A stretch of DNA of 64,000 bases from Isurus oxyrinchus (GCA_026770705.1 JANJGN010000002.1:179614001-179678000); one strand, 5' to 3'. Positions 1-13,653 are shown, counted from the first letter of the stretch. The notes: generated from the letters alone by a model not told the origin. A program made the numbers and translations.

Positions 1-950
1 AACTCCTCATTTAATGAAGCAGTCCGTGCCCACATGGAAAGAGATGGACAACATTCAGGGCTGTTAAGTGGCAAGTAATATTCATGTCACTGAAATGCTA
101 GCCAATGATTATTCCAACAGGAGAGAGTCTGACCATCTGCTCTTGACATTCAATGCTATTACCATTTTTGGATTCCCCAACATCCTGGGGGTTGCCATTG
201 ACCTAAAACTTAATGGGACCAGAAGTATAAATACTGTGGCTACAAAAGCAGGTTGGAGGCTGGGAATTCTCAGGTGAGTAACTCTCCCTCTGACTCCCCA
301 AAGCCACGCCACCATCTACAAGGCACAAATAAGGAGTGTGATGGAATACTTTCCACTTGTCTGGATGAATGCAGCTCCAACAATACTCATGAAGCTCAGC
401 TCCATCCAATACAAAGCAGCCTGCTTGCTCGGCACCCCATCCTCCACTCTAAACAACCTCTCCTTCCAGCAACCGTGCAGAGCGGCATGTGCAAGATGCA
501 CTGCAGCAACTCACCAAGGGCTCCGACAGCACCTTCCAAGCCTGCGATCTCTACCACCCCTAAGACCCAGGGCAGCAGGCATATGCGAACACCACTTACA
601 AGTTCCCCTCCAAACCACTCACTATTCTGATTGTTCCAAAGAAGAGTCTGGACTCGAAACGTTAACTCTATTTCTTTCTCCACAGGTTCTGCCAGACCTG
701 CTGAACTTTTCCAGCATTTTCTATTTTTATTACTATCCTGACATGGAACTGAATTGTTGTTCCTTCACTGTCACTGGATCAAAATCCTGGAACTCCCTCA
801 CCAACAGTACCTTGGGTGTACATACATCACATGAACTGCAGTGGTTCAAGAAGGTGGCTCACTAGCAACTTTTCAAAGGAAATTAATAAATGGTAATAAA
901 TGCTGACCTTGCCAATGATCCCTCAGATCATAAGAATGAAAAACAAAAAA
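1..950 (+). mobile_element. 3' part of CR1-group LINE (family A), decayed
   Basis: RT C-terminal remnants (MEYFPLVWMNAAPTILMKLSSIQYKAA) and the family-A 3' tail ending ...gaatgaaaaacaaaaaa; homologous to 2150-3070 and 40900-41775. Confidence 0.85.
631..731 (+). mobile_element. Short Penelope-like 3'-end insertion inside LINE-A
   Basis: Matches the 3' end of the PLE at 37210-37307 (gactcgaaacg..ctgccagacctgctga); flanked by actattctga (621-630) and actatcctga (732-741), a 10-bp TSD with 1 mismatch. Confidence 0.8.
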
Positions 951-1184
951 TGATCCTCAGTCATTGCCAGCATATGTTTCCATGGATCTAAGATGTCACC
1001 TGAACCTCACCTAAGCATCAATTCCTTATTTGTGAACCCAGACAATGAGTGTTGTAAGATGCAACCTTCTCTCCTTGACGGGCTATTCTCCTGTTCGGAT
1101 ATGAGAAGCAACAAGACAGCACCAAGCCTAAATTAAACATTAATGTCTTTCCTAGGTTAAGTCGGAGTACCAGTTAACAATATA

Positions 1185-3070
1185 ATGCCTCTGGAGGTCC
1201 ACAGCATCACAGATGCCAGTCTCCAGTCAGTTCGATTCACTCCACATAATATCAAGAAATGGCTGAAGGCACTGGTTACTGCAAAGGCTATGGGCCCTGA
1301 CAACATTCTGGCAATATTACTGAAGACCTGTGCTCTGAAACTTGCTGTGCCCCTAGCCAAGCTGTTTCAGTACAGCTACAACACTGGCATCTACCCAGCA
1401 ATGTGGAAAGTTTCCCTGGTATGTGCTGGCAGGACAAATCCAACCCGGCCAATTACCATATATCAGTCTACTCTTGATCATCATAAAGTGATGGAAGGCG
1501 TCATCAACAGTGCTAACAAATGGAACTTGCTTAGCAATAACCTGTTCACTGATGCTCAGTTTGGGTTCTGCCAGGGCCACTCAGTTCCTGACCTCATTAC
1601 AGCCTTGGTTCAAACATGGACAAAAGAGATGAACTCCCGAAGTGCGGTGAGAGTGACTGTCCTTGACATCAAGGCAGCATTTGATCAAATGTGGCATCAA
1701 GGACCCCTGGCAAAACTGGAGGCAATGGGAATTGGGGGAAAGCTCTCTGCTAGTAGCAGTCATACCTAGCACAAAGGAAGATGGTTGCGGTTATTGGAGA
1801 TCAATCATCTCAGTTCCAGGACACCATGCAGGTGTTCCTCAGGGCCCAATCATCTTCAGCTTCTTAATTTTTAAAAATTTATTCACAGGATGTGGGCTTC
1901 GCTGGCTGAGCCAGCATTTATTGCCCATCCCTAATTACCATTGAGAAGGTGGTGGTGAGCTGCCTTCTTGAACTGCTGCAGTCCATGTGGTGTAGGTACA
2001 CCCACAGTGCTGTTAGGAAGGGAGTTCCGGGATTTTGACCTAGTGACAGTGAAGGAACGGTGATATATTTCCAAGTCAGGATGGTGAGTTACTTGTAGGG
2101 GAACTTCCAGGTAGTGGTGTTCCCATCTATCTGCTCCCTTGCCCTTGTCCTTCCTTCCATTATAAGGTCAGAAGTGGGGATGTTCGTTGATGATTGCACA
2201 ATGTTCAGCATCATTCATAACTCCTCAGATACTGAAGCAGTCCATGTCCAAAGGCAGCAAGACCTGGATGATATCCAAGATTGGGCTGACAAGTGGCAAG
2301 TAACATTCACACCACACAAGTGCCAGGCAATGACCATCTCCAATAAGAAAGAATCTAACCATTGTCCCTTGACATTCAATGGCATTACCATCACTGAATC
2401 CTGCACTATCAACACCCTGAGAGTTACCATTCACCAGAACTGAACTGGACTAGCTATATAAAAACTGGGGCTACAAGAGTAGGTCAGAGGCTAGGAATCC
2501 TTCAGCGAGTAACTCACATCCTGACCCCCCAAAGCCTGCCCACCATCTACAAGGCACAAGTCAGGAGTGTGATGGAATGAGTGCCTGGATGAGTGCAGCT
2601 CCAACAACACTCAAGAAGCTTGACACCATCCAGGACAAAGCATCCCACTTGATTGGCACCATATCCACAAACATTCACTCCCTCCACCACCGACGCACAG
2701 TAGCAGCAGTGTGTATCATCTACAAGATGCACTGCAGCAATTCACCAAGGCTCCTTACACAGCACCTTCCAAACCTACAGCCGCTACCATCTGGAAGGAT
2801 AAGGGCAGCAGCCACATAGGAACAGCACCACCAGAAAGTTCCCCTCCAAGCCCCTCACCATTCTGGCTTGGAAATATATGACTGTTCCTTTATTGTTACT
2901 GAGTCAAAATCCTGGAACTCCCTCCCTAACAGCACTGTGGGTGTACCTACACCACATGGACTGCAGTGGTTCAAGAAGGTAGCTCACCATTGACTTCTCA
3001 AGGGCAATTAAGGATGGACAATAAATGCTGGCCTAGCCAGCGAAGCCCAGATCCCATGAACGAATAAATT
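1185..3070 (+). mobile_element. 5'-truncated CR1-group LINE-A with frameshifted RT
   Basis: ORF 1185-1769 GPDNILAILLKTCA..QFGFCQGHS..LDIKAAFD; GVPQG; MFVDD at 2114-2443; family-A 3' tail. Confidence 0.9.
1865..2153 (-). mobile_element. Inverted LINE-A 3'-end copy inserted in LINE-A
   Basis: Reverse complement of ~2790-3070; interrupts the RT between the GVPQG..FS and LPSIIRS motifs. Confidence 0.85.
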
Positions 3071-3309
3071 AGCAATACAATACATATGTTAGCCACAAAT
3101 ACAATACAATGAGTTACACATACAATCCCCCAGTGGCTGGTCATTTCCAATTGTTTTTTCTCTTCAGAAACTGACCAAAGTGCTTGAATAATGTTTTACA
3201 ATAATCTTAATTCCCTTCTTTCCAACATGGACCTAGATGTTCTGTTGACAGGATCATACTGCATTATCAAAATCACATGCTACAATTGTCCAAAGGGGCA
3301 TCTAATTCA

Positions 3310-3530
3310 GATGACCAAAAGCTTGGTCAAAGAGGTAAGTTTTAAGGAGCATCTTAAAGGAGGAAAGTGAGGTAGAGAGCCAGAGAGGTGGAGGGAGGGA
3401 ATTCCAGACCTTTGGGCCTAGGCAAATGAAGGCACAGCTACTAATGGTGGAGCAATTATGATTCAGAATACACAAGAAGCTAGAATTAGAGGAGTGGAGA
3501 TATTTTGGAGGCGATTACAGAGATAGGGAT
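3310..3530 (-). mobile_element. L2-type LINE 3' fragment
   Basis: gatgaccaaaagcttggtcaaagaggt..gggaattccaga motif, also seen at ~12110-12230 and ~35520-35600; L2 assignment from recalled family sequence. Confidence 0.6.
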
Positions 3531-5341
3531 AAATGTAATGCCCATTTGAAAGTAGTCACTATTTTTCTATTACAAGCAAAGGGAGACTCGTTTATTTGTG
3601 TGACTAAAGCAGACCAGTTTTTTCAATAAATGACCAAAGAGCAATTAGCTCAGTGCTTTGTTCCCATACTTGTATTGGAAGTTCAAGGTTGGTATTTGAG
3701 TTTACAATTTGGCTAATTTACAAATCATTTGAAAGTCATTTAGAAAATTATAAAATTATTAACTTATGAAATAGAAAGATAGTAACAATGCAAATGGTTC
3801 TAAATCAGAATTGCACTATTACAGTTGGAATTTAATGGGCACTTCATTCAAGGCAACATGCATCATCCTATGCGTAGATTATACAAGAGTTGTACCACTT
3901 GCCCATGCATTAACCTTCTCCCTTCAGCATCAGGAAGGCTTGACAGTCTGCTGCAGAAGCACTGGAAATAAAAGACTAAACAAAATTAGTTAAGCATGTT
4001 CAATTTGCAAGGAAATGAATAAAAAAGATATAACAGTGACTCAAAAGAGCAACATACAGAAAATAAGAATGTATTGAAACATAAAGGAAATCATATCAGC
4101 AGCTATTAAATTTAAGTACAGAAATCAAACAACTAGATTGTAGAAAGGTGCGACTGACTGAGTATGACCATTGTCCAAATGTTAATCCATAACATACAAA
4201 GGCAAATAGTACATTTTAAAAACCGTTTTATTGCTAGAGTTAAAATAGTTTCTAGATGTATAGAGAAATGTCTACACACTGTAAAGCTTAGTTGCAAATT
4301 TGCTGCAAAACTTGATGGTTTATTCCTTTTTAAACAAGAACATGAACCAAGCAGTGCTCTGCTATTGCTTTCTGGTCTTGTTTCATTGAACAAATTGAAA
4401 TGGAATGAAAGCAAAATTGTTCTGATACCTAGTATTTGTAGAGATTGAAAACATCTTTCACTAACTTTAACTGAATGGTCCACATTGGGTAAATGTATCT
4501 CATAAATGTCTCCATGAATTGCCATGGACAGGTATAGTCAGTGTGAATGAATCACAGTGAAGAGCATTTCTGCTTAATAGCAACAGTAAATAGAAGAAAA
4601 CGAGAACCACGACAGAAATGACATATGTGCAGCTTTTGCTTTGTATTGTGTAGACATAGGATTCCAGTGCACGAGTGGATTGCTGATTTGGCTTACTCTC
4701 ACTCGACTGTATCAACAATTTTCCTAAGGATCTGATTGAAGTTGACTGTATTCATCTTGCAGAAATATCAATAATTGATGCTCCAGGTTCAGAAATAATA
4801 AGATCATTTGCAGAGACGAGTAATAGTAACAAAAAAACATAGTACTAAGTGAAGGGAGACAAATGACTAAAAACCTGAGGTGGGGGTGACAGAATCAACA
4901 TCATAACATAATGACTCCTGGAGTTAGAATGATAATAGAATTGCTGGATTACAAAGTTTGGAGCAAAAACCTGAAAAGAAAAGGAAAACAAGATAAGTAC
5001 CGATCACACATCTAGAGAAAGGCTGGACGTGATGTACAGGTAATCATGGAGAAACCTGCCTAAGCAAATTATCCCCTCTTTACCCAAGGTGAATTGAAAA
5101 ACAGCCTGCTGAAGCATAATTCTGGATATTTGAGTTTGTTAGAAAAGAAAAATCATGGACAAAAGATTTTTGAAAACATTTTGACCAATTTGATTCATTT
5201 TATATATTTTTTTTTAACTTCTGGATCTCTGTCAGTTTTGGTGGTAACAATTCCTGATTTATTACAGCTAAAATGGTTTTGCCTAAAGAACCCTGTAATT
5301 TGTCTCTGTTTTATCGGTAGATTTTTTTGAATCGGTAACGA

Positions 5342-5905
5342 GGGCTGATTTTAACTTTCCCCACCTGATGTAACCACATGCAGCCTTTGGATAATTGTCT
5401 GCAGTGGCTTTCCCTCTTAGATTCCCATGGATTCTAATTTTAGCCAGCTCTTTTGAGCAGATAAGCAGGGCACCCGCCTTAAGGCGGCTGAGTTAAATAT
5501 GCAAATGGAGGCCCAACCATGTAATTGTGGCTGGAAATACAATTTTAACTTGAGGCCTGAATGGACTTCTCTGACTGGCATATCTAATGGTGAGTGAATA
5601 TGGACCAATAAGAAGTCCAGACAATGAGTTATTTTGTTTTCTGTTGGCAAAGAGGGGCAGAAGTGGAAAAATGGCCAGGGGCCATTCCTGCAGTTTCCCA
5701 GTGGTGGCCTCCTCCTGGTTGAAATCCCACTCCTGTCAGCCAGCCAGCTAGGGAGCCTTACAACATTTAGGCAGGGCACTGACTGGGTTAATCTTCAATG
5801 AGACTGGGGGGTGGGGGAGAGTTAAAAGCCCCCAGGCCTCACTCTGTGGATGGCCAGATGGTTTCTTGTACGCATGACTCCCGCCAAGAGTTCAAATCCA
5901 GGCTA
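5342..5905. mobile_element. Degenerate non-autonomous TIR element (MITE-like)
   Basis: Begins gggctgattttaact and ends agttcaaatccaggc; termini resemble the GGGC..ATTTT ends of the other MITEs. Confidence 0.4.
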
Positions 5906-7409
5906 TAGTTATAGAGTTCTAATTATTTGCTAGTTGAGGAACATGGCATTTGAGTTAGTCAGGTGAATGTATGTCATAAAAACTTGCATTTATTTCCATG
6001 TGATGCAGAAAGTATCATGGCTGAAGTGTGGCAGGTAGGGAATGGATGGAGCCTTACCTTTTTTATAATACACTAACAGATTGCCTGCGGTACTGTTCAT
6101 GGGTATTCAGAGGATGTATTGATTATTAAACATAGGATTTTATCATGTAACAAATAATGTAAAATAGTTGTTTAAGTCAAATTTTCCTTAAAATAAATGT
6201 TATGAATATAAAATAGATTAGATATTCTGGAGAAAATATACAGAAGTTGAAAATAAATTAATCAGTTTTATGGTTCTAATGGTAATTGTAAGTTTCTGCT
6301 TTTTAAATTGTGATTTTAACCATGGTGATTACTTCTAATGTTTTCTTCAACTTAATAAAAGTTGTTGATCAGATTTTATTGCTGGTAGAATAGCTTTTCA
6401 TAGTGGTACATGATGGTTTATTAGGTTTGATTGGTTTATTCTCATTAGGACTGTTACTAGTCTCCTGAATTGCTGTTCATCATTTTTGATTCTATTTTTG
6501 ATGCATGATTGTTTTATTTAATTATGTTTTTATGGGTTTGCAGCCGTCCATTATAATTATCGTTTTCTCAGATGAGTTTATGTTTTGCAAATTAGAATTG
6601 ATTTCATGATCCACCAATCTCAATGAGGAAGGATGCTCACAAAAAGAGCATCCTAGGAATTGAGGACATGCATCCTATTAGTTTTCCACCTTTTCAAATT
6701 AATGATTTGAAAATGATTGGTTGCATGACCACAATTTCCCAAGAAGCAATCTTGCAAATTCTGGAAACAGAATTGTGGAGGTGCCTCTCATTCCCAACTT
6801 GGATTTCATTCTGTTGTTTCTGGTACTTCAGTGCCTTACTTTGTTTATGTATACACCTCAATATGCCTGATTACATTTGCCTCTGCCAGGAATCAGATTC
6901 CTTTATCCTTTTAATCATGTGGCATTAATGTGGCTTTTGTTCTCATTCAGGAGGTGCTGCCGTAACATTTGTAAGGCAATCTGGAAATGCTTTGGGCTTG
7001 ATTGATGCAGTGAGGAGAGGTTAGTGGAAAGTGTAGATGGAAGTTCAATGTCACTGACAGTGGCATTGAGGAGGGGTCAGAACAGCACACTGGTGAGAGG
7101 CCAGCATGAATCTGGTGATTTGAACCCTGATTTTAACCCACTGGGCAAGAACAGTGTGGGTTCAGGACAGATGCCTGTTGTACACTTTGCCAAATGTCAT
7201 GGCCCATTGTGGCATTTGACCTGAACCTGCCATTAGGTTTAAAAACCCACTTGATGCCAGTGATGGAAATAACCTGCTTGTTTATATATAATTTACATTG
7301 CTGCACCCCATTCAGATACAGCAATCAGACAGAAGTATACAGGACATTTGGACATGAAATTGTTGGGGGTGTGGAGGAGTGAAGATTAATGACCATTATT
7401 ACCCTGTGT

Positions 7410-7552
7410 GTGATACACGTTGTACCTATACCACATGAACTGCAGCAGTTCAAGAAAGGTTCACCACCAACACCGTCTCAAGGGCAATTAGAGATGGGTA
7501 ACATATGCTGGCCTAGCCAGTGACACCCACATCCCATGAAAGAATAAAGAAA
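7410..7552 (+). mobile_element. LINE-A 3' tail fragment
   Basis: cagcagttcaagaa..agggcaattagagatggg..cacatcccatgaaagaataaa. Confidence 0.8.
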
Positions 7553-7629
7553 ATCACACAGGGCCCCAGGCAGCAGGGAATTTCCCATCAGAAGTTTAAA
7601 CTTCCTAGGCAATTCCCACATATGTCTAT

Positions 7630-9065
7630 TGTTAGGAAATTAGAGATAGATTAAGTAAGTTATATTGGTATTTGTAGGTGTTAGAAATGAGTTTTAGCTT
7701 TAAAGTTTGTTTGATTTGTATTTCTGTATTTGTGTGTTTAAGAAAGGTTAAATTGACTTTTAGTTTCACTTTGAAAAAGGTGCCTGCATTTCTAGTGAAG
7801 CTTTTACAACTGTTGTAGCTAAAGTAAACAAACAAGAGTAGAAGAACTGGGCTGATGCCTAGCAAACAGGGTTCCAGAGAGGCAGGTCCCTCCCGCAGAA
7901 ACACACAGAAGAAGAAAAACAGCAGTTTGATTTTGGAAGTTTATTGAGTTCAGTTGCTTTTGAATGTAGCTGCCAGAGAGACACTGGAGCAAAGAGGACA
8001 GATAACCAATTCTAATTCTAAAGAAAAGACTCCAAAACCCAGGGGAGTGGAACAGGGGACAGTCTCAAGCAGACCTTATAATCAAAGGAAGGACGGGAAC
8101 CTAGAAAAGGCCCGGTTAATGAAGTTAAGAGTGATGGGTACAGGGAAAGGCTCCAAGCTTCAGATTTAAAGAGGTAAAAGCTGAAGGAAGGAGATTTAAA
8201 GTGAGAACAGCTTGCAAGAGGCAAGAAGGTCCAAAGCAACATCTCAGAAACACAGAATCATAGAATCTTAACAGCACAGAAGAAGGCCATTTGGCCCATC
8301 ATGTCTGCACTGGCTCTCCAAATGAGCATTATGACCTAATGCCATTGCCCTGCCTTTCCCCGTACCCTTGCACATTGTTTCTATTCAAATAATCATCTGA
8401 AGGTCTGTAACTCTTTGCTATGGGCATGTGAAGCAGTGGCATGATTGACGGCTGAGTCGGTGAGAGAGAGAGAGTATGTGAAAGGCAGCTTGAAAGCATG
8501 TGGTGACCCAGGGAAGAGGAACATCAGAAGGAGAGTTCGAAACCCTGGAGGTGAACCCTTACAGAAGGCATCTGAGAGAAAGCGTTGGTTTGGGAGAAGA
8601 TTCCAAGAGGAGGTCTTAGAGAGTGGGGATTGGAACCCTCATGTGAAAGACGGAGTGCAGTGAAACCAGTTGACTCATGGTGAGACAAATGTCTGAGGGG
8701 TCTTGAGAGATCCATAGCACTTGGTGGCATCTGTCACTTGGTTTCAGAGTGTTGTGTGTCTGACCACAGGCTGCCTATTGGTACATAGACTGTGTACTTA
8801 CTGTAGACATTAGAGTATAAAATAGCTCTTGTAACGTGTTATCCTTACAAATCTGTATACATCTGTAAAGGTATAGTTGTGGGTGAAGGAGCAATGTAAT
8901 ATAGTTCATCTTTTCTTGTTGAATAAATGTTTTATTATTTTGTTAAAAGTTCATCAGTTGATTCATGTGACTCTGTTCAGTAGCTTCTCTCCATGCATCT
9001 AAACAAACAACTAAAAATTAGGATCTATGAAGCTGGGTTCAGGCTTGTCCAGCGGGGTCATAGTA
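7630..9065 (+). mobile_element. Solo LTR (~1.3 kb net), probably Gypsy-type
   Basis: Starts TGTTAGGA and ends TCATAGTA (decayed TCATAACA); CTAT on both sides (7626-7629 / 9066-9069) as 4-bp TSD; AATAAA at ~8922; 3' motif ggatc..ggcttgtcca shared with the LTR at 53701-54510. Confidence 0.7.
8250..8398 (-). mobile_element. CR1 (family B) 3'-end fragment nested in the solo LTR
   Basis: acagaatcatagaatc..gaaggccatttggccc is the reverse complement of the CR1 3' terminus; catct present on both sides. Confidence 0.7.
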
Positions 9066-10869
9066 CTATGCATCAGGATTTCCTCAGGGTTGTGATTCAT
9101 ATCTTCTGTGGTATGTCTGGCATCCGATGATCTGGAGAATGGAAGACTTGGGTCAATGTTTAAGTGCTGTTTGGGAGTAAATGCAGGAAAGTGCAGCCAT
9201 ATATATTTTTGAATCCATGCAAAGGAACCTACATCTTGTGGAGATAGGAAAGATAAGCAATAGATGGCACTATTTTCACCGCTATGCATCCTTAGGAAAC
9301 AATGAGCTGTGTGGGATGTACAGCATGTTTAACTATTGCTGAACTTGCACTGCTAAATTGAAGTTTGACACCTAGATACAGCATTGAATGAAGCTATTGC
9401 AAATTGTGATTCTGTAAAGATGCTTTTACTATCTAAATGTGTACAGTTCAATCAAGTTTGCTTGTCAGAACATCCATTGTAATATGGTTCAGTTTGCTGT
9501 TCAGACACACTGAATTTTGTTATTGTTCTAGAAACATAAATGAGAAATAGTGAACATCTATGGAAAGTAATTTATGTGATGGCCTCCAAATTGTGAGAGA
9601 AAAATATGAATTTGGTGTATTTATCTTCAAAATCTGAATTGTTTACTTTGTCCCCAAGCAGCATTTGCAGGTATAATTAAATCATCATTGCCTGTTTCCA
9701 AATGACAGGCAGGACAGTAATCTTTCTGTCATGGTTATATTCTAATGTCCCTATTGTAAACTGACAGCATAATATGCACACAATGTTAATACCCCACTCC
9801 TTTGTAACTCCCTTAGTATGTTTTATCTTCAGAGTTCACCCCATTGTTCCATGTACCAGATAGTTACAGCTGACCTGAATGGATTCATCATTCATTATCT
9901 ATTAATTAGAGATGCTTTTCCATTGGCCTTTCAGATAATCCTCTTAACTCCTTTTTTGTTTGGTTTGCATTTTGATATGTGCTTTACATTTGTGAGCCTA
10001 TTAGCTGTTTGCTGTCAGTGCTTCTTGCCCTAGATTATAAGGAGCATAAAGGGCTAATAAATACAATTTAAAATGCCAGGAAAGTGGTCACAGTGTTGCT
10101 TATTGAAGTTGGTGATATAAATGCATTGCTTAGGCAGTAAATCCTCTTCCCTTCTATCTGAATGTTTTATGAATCTGTAACCCCATAAAATCTGCATGTT
10201 CTTGGAGTCAGATCAACAAAGGTTCCAAAAGCTAGTGTGGAACCTCACTTTGCTGGAATTCTACCCCATGGGCAAGTTTAGAACAAGGGAATCTGCTATC
10301 CCTTTTCCCTGCATTCCACCCATTTTGCATCCTGTCTGCAGCTTGGGGATGTGTCTGTCAATGTTCCCAAGCTATCCTGGGAATCCTATGAAATACATAG
10401 CCAGTTGATCAAGAAGTGCCTATGTATTGGGCTGCCTATGGGTCCACTAAATAGAAATCAGGGGATCAATTATCATTTTGATTCTAAGCTTACCAGTATG
10501 GGATGATTGGAGAAACAATAATTCACAGTCCCTCCTCTCAGAGTGACAAAGTATTGCTCTGAGATTTTAACTAATTTATTGGGTAGGTGCCTGATCCTTA
10601 CCTCTCTACATGCATTGTGCCCACTCCAATAATTAAATTGTCTGGTGCAAAAGATCTGAGGGTAGGTAATGGGAAAGCCAAAGCAATGGAAGGAGTTCTG
10701 TATAGTTGCCATTTGTGTGCCAAAACATTGCGATCAAAATTTCTATGTTGTGGTCTATACTGATGTAGGTATTATATCAGGAGCAACTTGCATTTATTTA
10801 TTGCTTTTAACATAGTTAACAGAAGCATTATTGCACAAAATTTTATACCTATCCATAAATTTTATTTAT

Positions 10870-11060
10870 TTACAGAATATGAACATCACTGGAAAGGCTA
10901 ATATTTATTGCCCATTCCTAATTGCCCTTGAGAAGGTGGTGATGAGCCTCTTCCTTGAACTGTTGCAGTCTGAGGTGGTCAGGTACTTTGACAATGCAAT
11001 TAGGCAAGGCATTCCAGGATTTTGATCCAGCAGTGGTGAAGGAACAATGACGTATTTGAA
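10870..11060 (-). mobile_element. LINE-A 3' tail fragment
   Basis: catttattgccc..gcccttgagaaggtggtg..ccaggattttga motif, reverse complement of the family-A tail. Confidence 0.8.
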
Positions 11061-11064
11061 TATT

Positions 11065-11885
11065 GCTGAAAATAGAGACATGTAGCTGAAGCTTAAGTCT
11101 TGCACTCATCAGGCCAGATATAAGAATACCAAATTTTAAACAATAACAACAATTTATACGACAGGAGAAAAGGGTTGGCAAGTCTTGGTTGGCAAGTCTT
11201 GCCAAGGAGAAAGCAATGGGGAACTATCAGCACCCATGCTTCTAGGTAATTCAAAAAGTGTACAAAGCTTGTTTGCAGAGAGCAGTTCCCTGCATATGAA
11301 TGATTGACACTTCTAGCAAGCATAAATAAGCCAAGTTACAAGCTCGACTGATTATCTTAAAGTGTGTGTTAGTGTGGCTATTAGCACACTCAGGATTGTT
11401 CAGCAAGTGCTGTCCAATTGCCGAATCACATCTAACAGTAGATGTTTTGTTTTGGGTTTTACAAGCACGGGCTGATTGAGTACATTCTGTACTCTGCTTA
11501 TTACAAACCACCGGAGGAACATGTTGTTTGATTTGATCAGCCAATGATTGGTATGTACAGCTGACATACCTGGCAACACGCTGTAACTGAAATTCATACA
11601 TGACACTGCTCAACTGTATGATCAGCAGAACACATGATCCTGTCCTGCTGGACAAAGGCTATCCCTTAGTTGTGTATCATGCAAACTCACAAATAGGTCA
11701 AAGGCCACCATCTTTGGACCTGAAAAGTGCCTGGTCTACCTCAAATTACCCTGGAAAAGCAAAGTATCTCAAAAATTTTAACCGCAGGTTAGGTAAGCTG
11801 GTTCACACTGTTACTATGCAGTGGTGATGTGACTAGTGTTTTCCACCAATTGGATGCTGCCGAAAGTGTTCTGCCTACCACACAG
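11065..11885 (-). mobile_element. Penelope-like element (family B), 3' part with GIY-YIG remnant
   Basis: ORF 11251-11655 YEFQ..ARYV..T..LADQIKQH..SAIGQHLLNNPECA..FKII..LLE; hammerhead-like motif at ~11085-11115; homologous to 17600-18350. Confidence 0.8.
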
Positions 11886-12030
11886 GGATAGTGGTGGAGA
11901 CATTGGCTGCAGCTATGATTCTGAGAGTTTGACAATGCCCGGCTATTGCTTGAGTAGTCTGGGAGACAGCTGTCCCAATTTTGGTACATGTCTCCAGCTG
12001 CCTGTGAGAAGGACCGACTGGATAGTGTGT
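11886..12030 (-). mobile_element. LINE-A endonuclease N-terminal fragment
   Basis: Reverse complement reads accaaaattgggacagctgtctcccagactactcaagcaatagccgggcattgtcaaactctcagaatca, resembling an APE N-terminus (PKLGQL..PGIVKLSES). Confidence 0.55.
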
Positions 12031-13590
12031 GCCTTTGTTATGTACAAATCCAATGCCCATATCAATGTGGCTGGTTCATCTGCATTTATTCTTATTACAG
12101 TTATTAGGGCAGTTGACCAAAATCTTAATCAAAGAATTAGACTTTAATAAGCATCTTAAAGAAGGAGAGAAAGGTAGAGAGGCAGAGAGGTTTAGGGAAG
12201 AAATTCCAAAATAAATATCTGTGCAGCTGAACATGACTTCAGTTGTGATACAATATAAGTAGCAGAGGTTTGGATGAGCTACACGTTACTGAAGGTGGAA
12301 GGTGGTATTCACTCGTGGTTGCATTTCGAAATTTACTTATGAAAATACACAGGAGGCAAGTCAACACCTGCAGAAAAGATATATAATGTAAGTTTTTGGG
12401 TTTAAACACTTCATCAGAACCCATTTAATGAAGATCCTCACAGCATCAGAGCTGTAAGGTAAGTTGCACCAATGCAAACCATTGTCTAAAAATGTTATTT
12501 TGGTTTTAATCCGTGCCTGACTAGAAGGTAGCCTGGCAGCCATTCCTGTTATATATCAACCTGAATATAAGAATAGTTTTTTCTCTGCCAGATTTCTTTT
12601 ATTCCAGATTTGACTAGATTAAATCTTTTGAAACCACCTGGAAATAAATGTTAATTGATGAATAGTTCAGGACTGTACAGATTCCAGTACGAACAATGTA
12701 TCGCTGAATAATATTTACTTTAGTCAACTAGCTGTGCAAACACAAGATTACTGAATCCAAAAGCAGGAGAATGAATAGCGCAAGGTCTCCAGGCTATTGA
12801 TTTACAAGGGATAAAAACTGCTATGTACAAAATGCCATAGAGTGTAAACTAGGAATAAGCAGACACGCCAGTACTTATCTGCATGATGAGTCTCAATGTC
12901 CTGTGGTTCTGTAAACCAGCTAGCTTCAGAGAGATAAGTCTGTGAAGGTTGTTGAATGCCTGCATTCAGCAGTATAGATTCAAAGCACACCGAATCTGAC
13001 AAGGTTTTGCTATCTTGTCAACTATTTGTTTGTTTGTGTGTGTACTGATCCTGGAGCATGAAGTAGTTAATCTATACAAAAATGATTGTTCTCTCTCACT
13101 GTGCCTCTTACAAGAAACCTGCTGGAAGATGGTGCTTAGACTAGATTAAAAATTCATTAGTATTGCATTATAGGAGGCCCTTGGCATCACTTGAACAATC
13201 CAGATTTATAGTCGGAGCTTGTGTTCCATCACTCGTTTTGATCCAGGGATCACAGTTTCTGTTAACAAATCAAGTAAAAATTGGGAATGAGTGTAGCAGT
13301 CTTCAAAGCCATTTCTGCAGCTTTTGTTTGGTTTCCTGTTTTCCTATATTAAAATTATATTTCAGGGCCTCATGGGACTATTGGCTGCTATCTGACTGGT
13401 AACGGATGTGTTGCTGCCTTTCTCCTAGCTTGAGATCTTTATTGTCATGTTTACACCACAGCAGTGCAGTTGTATTGCTCTATATGCTGCAGATCCTCAC
13501 ACTATAACACAGACCATATTGATGCAGAAGAATTATATGCAGTACTGCTGAAATGCAATGATATTTTCATGCGGAGTTTCATTCAGCACC

Positions 13591-13653
13591 ATGGATAGCT
13601 CAGGACGGCAGTCAACCATGTGGAGGAACACCTGTGAAAAGAATTCAGATGCA
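13591..13653 (+). CDS. Candidate first coding exon of an unidentified host gene: MDSSGRQSTMWRNTCEKNSDA
   Basis: Strong Kozak context (gcaccATGg), 21 open codons, phase-0 donor GCA|GTAAGT at 13654, plausible upstream acceptor ..tgctgcag|13493, in apparently non-repetitive sequence. Confidence 0.45.

Noticed and set aside
4500-4830. Short hydrophobic ORFs on both strands
   Set aside because: No recognisable homology and no consistent start or splice signals
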